Virus record (IMG/VR): IMGVR_UViG_3300049137_000054
Coordinates: 1-29,969 of that record
DNA: 29,969 nucleotides
Strand: one strand, 5' to 3'
DNA from: a virus
Lineage: Duplodnaviria; Caudoviricetes
Of the stretch, positions 22,997 to 29,969 are shown one piece after another. How positions within the stretch are numbered: position 1 is the first letter of the stretch; the number at the start of each line of letters is the position of its first letter. The position numbers were made by a program, and so were the translations under genes. Below the pieces are notes generated by a model. It saw nothing but the letters and a program-made list of their open reading frames with translations. It was not told the DNA's origin and did no database searches.

Positions 22997-24207
22997 CACG
23001 CGGCCGCCATGGTGAGGATGCGCAGGGCCTGCGGACGGATCACGTCGCCGCCGACCCGCTTGCGGATCTTCCAGCCGATCATGCCTTCCTCGGCGTACAG
23101 CTGGTCCAACACCTTGACGGTCATGCCCGCGCGGTCGTAGATGCGGTAGCCGGCGTTGAAGTCGCCGAAGGCCGCCACCCGGGCGGACGCCGCGATGACC
23201 GCGATGTCTTCCTGGTTCTCCACCGGGAAGCCCAGCAGGGAGGAGGGGCGGCCGGCCTGGACGCTCTGCTGCCAGATGTACTGGCCGTTGCCGTCCTTGA
23301 GCACGGAGATCGCGAGCTCCGTGCCGGACGGGATGGTGAAGCGCCCGTTCCTGCGGTACTGCGCAGGCGTGGCGTAGATCAGCTTCTTCAGGTCGTCCAC
23401 GCTGATCGTGGCGGCTGCCGCCGCAGCGACGGTGGGCACGCCTCCGCCGGGAGTCATGTAGCCGACCGGCTGGTGGGCGGCGTGTCCGGTGCCGACGGTG
23501 AAGGCGGTGTCCTCCGCCTCGGCGCACGCGCGGGCGAACGAGTCGCGGACGAACGCCTCGAGGTTCACGTCGGAGTCATCGAGCTCGTCCTCGCCGATCT
23601 TGGCCAGGCCGTAGAGGTCCTCGATGTACGTGAACTCTTCCTCGGGGGTGTTGGGCATCGAGTCGGTGAGCACCTGCTCGTTGGTCTCGAGCTTGCCCCA
23701 GCCCACGGACACCTCGGCCAGGCTGCGCCGGCGCACCCGGTTGGAGGTGATGGACCGCTGCGATGCGATGCCGCGCATGATCGTCAGCTCCGGCAGGGCG
23801 CGCGCGATCTCGACCTCGAGGTCCTCGGGCACGAGGATTTCACCGGCGGTGTTCTCCACCAGGGCGCGCTGCTCCGGGGCCAGGCGCGGCAGGCCGCGGC
23901 GCAGGGCCTGGAAGAACGCCGAGCGGCGCTCCTGGGCCCGCTGCTCGTTGCCGCCCGTGCCGGGGCCGTCGTCGGGCCGGTTGGCGCCGCGGCGGATCGG
24001 CTCGGCCATCTGCGCCGCGCGCTGCTCCTCGGCCTCCCGGCGCTCGATGCGCTCGGTCAGGCCGGCGAAGTCCGTCTCGTGCTGGTCGTAGGCGGTGCGT
24101 TCCTCGACGGACAGGCCGCGGTTCTCGCCCTCGGCCCGCTCGGTGATGGCCCGCATCGACTCAACGACGCCGGCCCGCTGCTGACGCAGCTCCACGCTCG
24201 TAGGCAT
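22996..24207 (-). CDS. Major capsid protein, HK97 fold with delta (scaffold) domain
   Basis: N-terminal coiled coil; AGEILVP, LKDGNGQYIWQ, LLGFPV, FGDF, RVGGDV. Confidence 0.95.
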   Translation of the reverse strand: MPTSVELRQQRAGVVESMRAITERAEGENRGLSVEERTAYDQHETDFAGLTERIERREAEEQRAAQMAEPIRRGANRPDDGPGTGGNEQRAQERRSAFFQALRRGLPRLAPEQRALVENTAGEILVPEDLEVEIARALPELTIMRGIASQRSITSNRVRRRSLAEVSVGWGKLETNEQVLTDSMPNTPEEEFTYIEDLYGLAKIGEDELDDSDVNLEAFVRDSFARACAEAEDTAFTVGTGHAAHQPVGYMTPGGGVPTVAAAAAATISVDDLKKLIYATPAQYRRNGRFTIPSGTELAISVLKDGNGQYIWQQSVQAGRPSSLLGFPVENQEDIAVIAASARVAAFGDFNAGYRIYDRAGMTVKVLDQLYAEEGMIGWKIRKRVGGDVIRPQALRILTMAAA

Positions 24208-24270
24208 GGGGAACTCCTCTGCTGTTGAAACGGGGTGGTGCGTCCCGGGCCGGTCGGCCGGGAGGTCTGG

Positions 24271-25014
24271 TTACAGCTGGGCGAGCAGCTCGTACTCGCG
24301 CAGCTTGTGCTGGGCCCGCTCGAGCGGGTACGCCTCCGGCGTCGGGCCGGAGCGGTCGGCCGCATCGAGCAGCGCGTCCAGCGCGTCGCGCGCGTCCTGG
24401 ACGAGCTGGCGGTTCGAGGCGGACAGGACCTTGCCCGCGCGCATCTCGGCGAGCGCCCGGGTCACCTGCTCCGGGTCCGGCTGCTGGACGCTCTGGCCGG
24501 TGTGGCGGGCAGCTGCGGACCGCAGCTCGGCGGACGTGGCGGCGAAGGCGGGATACGTGACCACGGAGACGTCGCCGCCGTCCAGGTCGATGCCGTACAC
24601 CTCGTGGGTGTTGCCGGCCCAGCCGTCGGCGGTGACCCAGAACCCGAAGGACATCTGGGTGATGTCGCCACGCTCCAGCGAGACGGCGAGGTCGCGGGCG
24701 TAGGACACGTCTGCCATGCGCGCATCGACGTCCACGCCCTCTTCGGGGACTTCGGCCAGGTCTGCGGTGCCGGCCGCGGTGCGGGCCAGCAGGAGGTTGG
24801 GGTCGTGGTTGATCAGGAACCGCACATCGGGCGACTGGCTCAGGGTGCGGGTGGCGGCGCCGGGCATGATGCGCTCGCGCCAGCCGCCCATGTCCTCGGA
24901 CAGGGAGTTGTAGACGATGCTCCGGCCGTGGAACTCCAGGCGTCCCAGCTTCTCGTCAGCCCGGGTGATCCGCAGGTTCTGCAGCGGGAAGGCCCGCACC
25001 TCACGCGTGCGCAC
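24271..25014 (-). CDS. HK97-family prohead maturation protease
   Basis: ERIMPGA, FLINHD, QMSFGF, DVSVVTYPAF. Confidence 0.93.
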   Translation of the reverse strand: MRTREVRAFPLQNLRITRADEKLGRLEFHGRSIVYNSLSEDMGGWRERIMPGAATRTLSQSPDVRFLINHDPNLLLARTAAGTADLAEVPEEGVDVDARMADVSYARDLAVSLERGDITQMSFGFWVTADGWAGNTHEVYGIDLDGGDVSVVTYPAFAATSAELRSAAARHTGQSVQQPDPEQVTRALAEMRAGKVLSASNRQLVQDARDALDALLDAADRSGPTPEAYPLERAQHKLREYELLAQL

Positions 25015-25026
25015 GACGGCGCCTCC

Positions 25027-27480
25027 TCACAGGTTGAATTGGAGCCGGCAGGTGCATCCGGCGATCTCGTCCACGCCGAGCCGGTGATCGTGCGGCCAGC
25101 GGCCCTTGCGCGTGCCGATGGAGAACTCGTCGCGGATGTCGACGGTCTGGCCGTCCGCCTGCCGGTGGGTCTTCCTGGGGTTCGCGTCCCACACGCGCCA
25201 GGTCTTGGTCCGCGCTCCAGCCTGCTTGGCGCCCTCGTGGCCGGCGAAGTTCGTGGTCTGGGAGACGCGCGCCTGCGCCAGGACCTTGGCCCGGGACTCG
25301 GTCATCTTGTCGAACATGTCCCGCGCCGATTTCTGCACCTCGACCGGCGACTGGGCCAGGTTGATCGTGGACCTGAGCTTTTCGATCGTCGTGCCGTTGA
25401 CGTTCGCCGCGGTGGACGCGGCCGAGGCGGCGAGCAGCGCGGAGGTCTCCTCGAGGACGAACGCGCCGCCGAGCGCGGCCGCGGTCGCGGAGCCGACCTC
25501 TGCCGTCAGCCCGCGGGCCAGCTGCAGCAGGATCTCCGTCAGCAGCTCGTTGTCCGTGACCAGGTCGATCAGGTCGTCGGCCGACGCGTCAGGGGTGATG
25601 CCGAGCGCGGCCAGGACCCGCTCTCCCTGGTCGGCGAAGTAGGCGCTGATCGCTTCGAAGTGCCGCTGGATCCACGACGGCAGCTCGTCCGCGGCCGGCG
25701 TCTCGACGCTGTCCTCCGCGCGGCGGTGCGGCGCCTGCAGCCCGGCCCGGGTGCCGCTCATCATGAACCCGGCCCGCTGCTCTCCGGTCGCCAGCGTCAG
25801 CTCATCGAACCCGACGCCGACCGGCTCCACCGGCTCCGGGGCTTCCTGTCCCTCCTCGAGGTAGGTGAGCGTCATGTGCGGGGTGAAGCCGTGCCCGGTG
25901 TCGACCGGGACACCGGCCGCCTCGAGGCCTTCCACCAGGCGGTGACGCAGCTCGGCCAGACCGGGCACGTCGACCGTGGCGAAGTACGGGGCCACCGTGC
26001 CGTCGCCGGGGAATCGGCCCAGCCCGCCGACGGTACCGGCGAGCGCCTGGTGCTGCGCGGCGATGCCGGCCACCACGGTCATGGCGTCCGCGTGCTGCTG
26101 CTCGGTCAGGTCCTCACCGAGGTAGGCGAGGGTGACGTGCAGCTCGTCGGCAGGCAGGCCGCCCTCGACGGCCAGCTGCTCGGCGACGTCGGCCGGCGGG
26201 AACAGCGCGACCATCGTGGCGCCCTCCGGCACGTCTCCAGCTGCTCGAAGCGCCGGACGCGGCAGCGCCCGCTGCTCCGGCGGTGCGGCCTGTCCGGCCG
26301 GGGACATGTTCAGCGGGACGATGTAGTCGTCGCCGCCCTCGATCGGCGGCTCGTCCTCCTTCGCGCGAATGTCGTTGACGGACATCCACCCCCACTGGCG
26401 GGCCTGCGCGTACCCGGCGAACCGCTGTTGTGTGTCACCCCGCAGCAGAGCGTCCGGGTTGAACTTCAGGTACAGCGACGGGCTGCCGAAGAGTCGGTTC
26501 GTGGTGCGCTCGAGGCGGGTCAGCCACGGCATCAGCGAGTAGATGACGTAGCCGAGGGACTGCTGTTCGATGCCTGAGCCCCAGGACGTGGACCGCTCGA
26601 CGTCGCCGATCATGTGCGGCGGTACGCCGAAGATCCCGGCGATCTCGGCGCGGGTGAGTTTGTAGACCTCGAGGAACTGCGCGTCGGCCGGGGACAGGGT
26701 GGTCTTCTCCCACTTGGCGCCGGCCTCCATGAGGGCCAGGCGGTGGGCGTTGTCGAACCCCTCGTGGAGGTCGTGCCATTGACGGGTCAGCCGCTCGTAC
26801 TGCGTGTCATCGAGCTTCCCCGGCACGGACACGACGCCGCCGGGGGACGCGTCGCGCTGGAAGAAGCTGCCGATGTACGAGGTGGCGGCCCACCCGGTGC
26901 CGACCGACTGGCGGGCCATACCGATCGGGGACAGGCCCTCCGGCCCGCCGACGCCGAAGGACCGGAAGTGCAGGAAGTTCTCGGAGCGGACCAGGCCGTC
27001 AGGCTCGCGGATCGGCGCCCATTCGTCGTCGTCCAGCGTGATCTTCCAGACCGGTTCGCCGGTGTCCTTGATCCGGCGCTGTTCCACGCTGGTCCACGAA
27101 ACGGGCCACAGGCCCACCTCCCGGCCGGCCTGGTTCCGCTCGATGTAGACGCCGCCGTTGCCGCGGACCAGCATCCATCCCAGGACCTGCGCCCAGAACT
27201 CGCCTGCGGCCAGATGAGGGTTGGCCTGGTAGGTGAGCAGCGGCGCAAGCGGGTGCTCCATCGCGGGCACCCGTGTGTTCCCCGACTTCTGGAAGACACC
27301 GGTCGGCAGCATGCTGCCGGTCTCGGCGAGCAGCCGCACCGAGGAGAACACGGCGGCCACCTGCAGCGCACGCTCCGGGGTGACGGACACTCCCGCCGCC
27401 GTCGACCGGCCATCGAGGCGGGGCAGGCTCTTGCGGCTGCGCCGCTGGGTGCCTCCGAGGAGGCGTCGGATCAGCGGCAT
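25027..27480 (-). CDS. HK97-family portal fused to a 2H phosphoesterase (Acb1/LigT-like) and a MuF/gp7-like domain
   Basis: aa ~1-395 portal (GLSPI, EIAGIFGVPP, SWGSGIEQQ, MSVNDIRAKED). aa ~420-570 carry HVTL (26139-26128) and HMTL (25878-25867). C-terminus is MuF-like (KTWRV...RKTHRQADGQ...F...WPHD...EIAGCTC). Confidence 0.9.
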   Translation of the reverse strand: MPLIRRLLGGTQRRSRKSLPRLDGRSTAAGVSVTPERALQVAAVFSSVRLLAETGSMLPTGVFQKSGNTRVPAMEHPLAPLLTYQANPHLAAGEFWAQVLGWMLVRGNGGVYIERNQAGREVGLWPVSWTSVEQRRIKDTGEPVWKITLDDDEWAPIREPDGLVRSENFLHFRSFGVGGPEGLSPIGMARQSVGTGWAATSYIGSFFQRDASPGGVVSVPGKLDDTQYERLTRQWHDLHEGFDNAHRLALMEAGAKWEKTTLSPADAQFLEVYKLTRAEIAGIFGVPPHMIGDVERSTSWGSGIEQQSLGYVIYSLMPWLTRLERTTNRLFGSPSLYLKFNPDALLRGDTQQRFAGYAQARQWGWMSVNDIRAKEDEPPIEGGDDYIVPLNMSPAGQAAPPEQRALPRPALRAAGDVPEGATMVALFPPADVAEQLAVEGGLPADELHVTLAYLGEDLTEQQHADAMTVVAGIAAQHQALAGTVGGLGRFPGDGTVAPYFATVDVPGLAELRHRLVEGLEAAGVPVDTGHGFTPHMTLTYLEEGQEAPEPVEPVGVGFDELTLATGEQRAGFMMSGTRAGLQAPHRRAEDSVETPAADELPSWIQRHFEAISAYFADQGERVLAALGITPDASADDLIDLVTDNELLTEILLQLARGLTAEVGSATAAALGGAFVLEETSALLAASAASTAANVNGTTIEKLRSTINLAQSPVEVQKSARDMFDKMTESRAKVLAQARVSQTTNFAGHEGAKQAGARTKTWRVWDANPRKTHRQADGQTVDIRDEFSIGTRKGRWPHDHRLGVDEIAGCTCRLQFNL

Positions 27481-27656
27481 CAGTCGCCTCCTCCCTTGGG
27501 CCGGATGTTCCCGGCGATGATCAGCGGTACAGACAGGGCCAGCAGCGCGAGGCCGGCGCCGAGCACGCCCCCGAGCGCGACGCCGACCACCACCGCCCCC
27601 GCCCCTCCGGCCGCCAACCCGGCCAGTTCACACAGCCACTGAGCACGCTCGTGCAC
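27480..27656 (-). CDS. Small membrane protein between terL and portal (58 aa)
   Basis: MHERAQWLCELAGLAAGG...LALLALSVPLIIAG; TGATG overlap with the portal; not in the ORF track. Confidence 0.75.
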   Translation of the reverse strand: MHERAQWLCELAGLAAGGAGAVVVGVALGGVLGAGLALLALSVPLIIAGNIRPKGGGD

Positions 27657-27675
27657 AGCAACGCACCCCCTCGGG

Positions 27676-29463
27676 TCAGCTGATGATGCGGATGTCCGGC
27701 GTGGCCTCTTCTTCGGGCTCGGCGCGCAGCAGGTGCAGAGCCAAGGCGTTCAGCCCGCTGGCCACACCGTCGATCCGCTTCGTGGACACCTGCCGGTCCG
27801 GCTTGACCGGCTTGCGGTAGCCGTCGGTGTTGGTCTTGATGCCGACACAGTCGACGTGCCAGGCCAGGATCGGGTGCCCGCCGTGCGACACCCGGTGCGA
27901 GAGCACCAGGCGCTCGAGCTCCTTGCACGGCTCGTTCAACCCTGCGTAGCCCTGCGAGACCTGCTCCATCTCGACCCCGGCGTCCATCAGCTCTGACACA
28001 GTCTCAGTCGCGTTCCACCGGTCGTAGCCGATGGACCTGATGTTGAACCGCTCGCCCAGGTCGTCGGTGATGAGCGACCGGATCGCCCGGTAGTCGACGA
28101 CGTTCCCTTCGGTCAGCCGAAGCGCCGGCCCGGCGTGGGCCGCGGTCTTGGACCAGCGCTCCAGCGGAACCTTCATGCGCCGCTCGAGGTCGCGCAGGTT
28201 GTCCTCCGGGAGCCAGAAGAACGGGACCCAGATGTGTGGCTCGGCTGGGTCGTCCGTCTCGGGCGGGAACCATAGGCTCAGCGCGGTCATGTCGGTGGTG
28301 GCCGACAGGTCCAGGCCGCCGTAGCAGTCGCGGCCCTCGAGCTCCTCGAGCTCCACAGGGATCGGCACCCCGGACGCGGTACGTGCCGACCGGTGCCAGT
28401 CGTCCATCGACAACCAGCGTGTCGTCTGTTTCGTGCGGACGTTCAGGTGCAGCCGCAGGTAGCGGTTCAGCTGCGCCGGGGACCGCTCGGCCTGGCGGGC
28501 CTTGCCCTCGAGGTAGTCGGCCAGCACGGTCACGCCGTAGCCAGGGTTGGCGGTGCGCAGCGTGTCCTCGGAGAACGGGTCGAAGTCCTCGGCCTCCTGG
28601 TCGGCGCCGAACACCACGCCGAACACCGTTGGGTCCTCGGCATGCCCGCCCGCCAGGGCCTCGATCTCCTCGCGCTTCGTGGCGTAGATGGATCCGGTCT
28701 CGGCCCCGTCGTCCGCCGTGGTGATGAAGATGATGAGCGGCTGCGCGCGGGAGCCCACGCCCGTCTCCAAGGCGTCGACAACGTCGGGGTTCCGGTGGAC
28801 GTGGACCTCATCGATCACGCCGCCGTGGACATTCAGGCCGTGCGCGCGCAGGCCCTCCGAGGACAGGGCCCGGAAGATGCTGTGCGTGGTCGGGTGCTCG
28901 AGCAGCTTGCGCTGAATGCCTCGGCGTCCCAGCTTCTTCTTCAGCGGCGGGCTGCCGGACGCCATGTTGGCCGCGGCCCGGAAGACGATGTTGGCCTGCT
29001 CGCGGTCGCCGGCCGCCGCGTATACCTCGGCGCCCTGCTCGCGGTCCGCGGCGAACAGGTACAGGCCCAGGCCGGAGCAGATGGTGCTCTTGCCGTTCTT
29101 GCGGGGGATCTCGAACCAGACGGTCCTGACCACCCGGTAGCCGTCCGGCCGCTTGAGCCCGAAGACGGGGGCGATCAGGTAGCGCACCTGCCAGTCCATC
29201 AGCCGGAACTCGCGCCCGGCGTGACGGCCGATCAGTTGCTTCAGTAGCAGGAAGAACTTCAGGACCCGCTCGACGGCCAGTAGGTCGAACCAGGTACCCG
29301 GCGGCGCCGGCAGTGGTGTGACGAGCAGCGGCCGGCGGCCCTGCGCCAGCCACTCCGTCCCGTCGACCAGGCCCTCATCGACCCAGGCCGCGATGGCCTG
29401 GTCGATCTCGGCGGTGAGCTGCGCCCGCAGCTGCTCAGTCGAGGATGTCGTCCTCCTGCTCAT
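27676..29463 (-). CDS. terL: Terminase large subunit
   Basis: Walker A PRKNGKS, Walker B VIDEVH, ITTA, nuclease GGLDLS, YDRWNA, KRIDG. Confidence 0.96.
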   Translation of the reverse strand: MSRRTTSSTEQLRAQLTAEIDQAIAAWVDEGLVDGTEWLAQGRRPLLVTPLPAPPGTWFDLLAVERVLKFFLLLKQLIGRHAGREFRLMDWQVRYLIAPVFGLKRPDGYRVVRTVWFEIPRKNGKSTICSGLGLYLFAADREQGAEVYAAAGDREQANIVFRAAANMASGSPPLKKKLGRRGIQRKLLEHPTTHSIFRALSSEGLRAHGLNVHGGVIDEVHVHRNPDVVDALETGVGSRAQPLIIFITTADDGAETGSIYATKREEIEALAGGHAEDPTVFGVVFGADQEAEDFDPFSEDTLRTANPGYGVTVLADYLEGKARQAERSPAQLNRYLRLHLNVRTKQTTRWLSMDDWHRSARTASGVPIPVELEELEGRDCYGGLDLSATTDMTALSLWFPPETDDPAEPHIWVPFFWLPEDNLRDLERRMKVPLERWSKTAAHAGPALRLTEGNVVDYRAIRSLITDDLGERFNIRSIGYDRWNATETVSELMDAGVEMEQVSQGYAGLNEPCKELERLVLSHRVSHGGHPILAWHVDCVGIKTNTDGYRKPVKPDRQVSTKRIDGVASGLNALALHLLRAEPEEEATPDIRIIS

Positions 29464-29887
29464 CGTCACCCTCCGGCTTGATGGAGCGCAGGCGCGCGTT
29501 CGGCGATGCGAACAGCTCGCGGCTGAGCTGCGCGACCACGCCGGCGGCCTCCCTCCACTGCTGCCAGGCGGGGTGCTTGCGCTCGGCGCCGCGGTGTCCG
29601 ATGACGGTGATGCCGTCGCGCTGGATCGCCTGCTCGGCCTGGACGAACTTGGCCCAGCTCGAGCAGTAGGTGGCCAGGACCGCGCGGTCCACCTGGGCCA
29701 GGACGCCGAGCCGGTCGAGGTCGGGGACGACCCTGCGCCACTCGGCCTTGGCCTCGCGGTCCAGCCAGCTCGGCGGGTTGGGTGCGCTGGGCTTGGCCGT
29801 CACGCGCTTCGGTGATGGCCGGCCGCCCGGGTTGCCGCGCAGGGCGCGCACGTTGGCCGGCATCGGGACGGGTCCACGCAGGCCCAT
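29435..29887 (-). CDS. terS: Terminase small subunit, P27 family
   Basis: RGPVPMP...LRGNPG, PPSWLDREAKAEWRRV, LATYC, KHPA, SPNAR; ATG after GGAGGT. Confidence 0.93.
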   Translation of the reverse strand: MGLRGPVPMPANVRALRGNPGGRPSPKRVTAKPSAPNPPSWLDREAKAEWRRVVPDLDRLGVLAQVDRAVLATYCSSWAKFVQAEQAIQRDGITVIGHRGAERKHPAWQQWREAAGVVAQLSRELFASPNARLRSIKPEGDDEQEDDILD

Positions 29888-29969
29888 GATCGGCACCTCC
29901 CGGGGGGTGGCGGTGAGTGAGCGGACGGGCACGGCCCGGTGACGAACCCGGCCGTAACTCGCGGTCGTG

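Noticed and set aside
25768-25785. GEQRAG as a second protease site between the 2H and MuF domains
   Set aside because: It probably lies in the last beta-strand of the 2H fold, and EQRA also occurs elsewhere; too weak to claim.
24235-26577. 780-aa plus-strand ORF, and similar ones at 1577..3181, 9994..11106 and 26614..27642
   Set aside because: Antisense to well-supported genes, with typical shadow composition.
29888-29969. cos / packaging site upstream of terS
   Set aside because: Expected near here for this terminase type, but no recognisable cohesive-end sequence is visible and the window ends.
1-29969. tRNA, rRNA, IS elements, CRISPR arrays, host chromosomal genes
   Set aside because: None seen; every recognisable gene is phage-like.

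Overview
About 30 kb of a GC-rich temperate siphovirus genome, very probably infecting Streptomyces or a related actinomycete. Nearly all real genes are on the minus strand. Reading right to left: terS, terL, a small membrane protein, a portal fusion, HK97-type protease and capsid, head-tail genes, tail tube, frameshifting tail chaperones, tape measure, two minor tail proteins and a lysis cassette (amidase, holin, membrane protein, collagen-like protein). Next come an accessory regulatory cassette (XRE plus helical-repeat regulator, DUF6415-like gene with a TTA codon, small XRE, possible sRNA), an intact attP and a large serine integrase. The left part holds the immunity region (repressor and Cro-like gene with three palindromic operators, plus a candidate LexA-controlled antirepressor) and an early/replication operon. 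Phage genes flank both sides of an intact attP, so this looks like a virion or excised circular genome rather than an integrated prophage. The most striking feature is the 817-aa portal. It carries an Acb1-like 2H phosphoesterase and a MuF domain, joined by the same PEQRAL hexapeptide found at the predicted capsid maturation site, which suggests a virion-packaged, protease-released anti-defence enzyme. All family assignments come from motif recognition by eye; no database searches were run. Most long plus-strand ORFs are antisense shadows caused by high GC.
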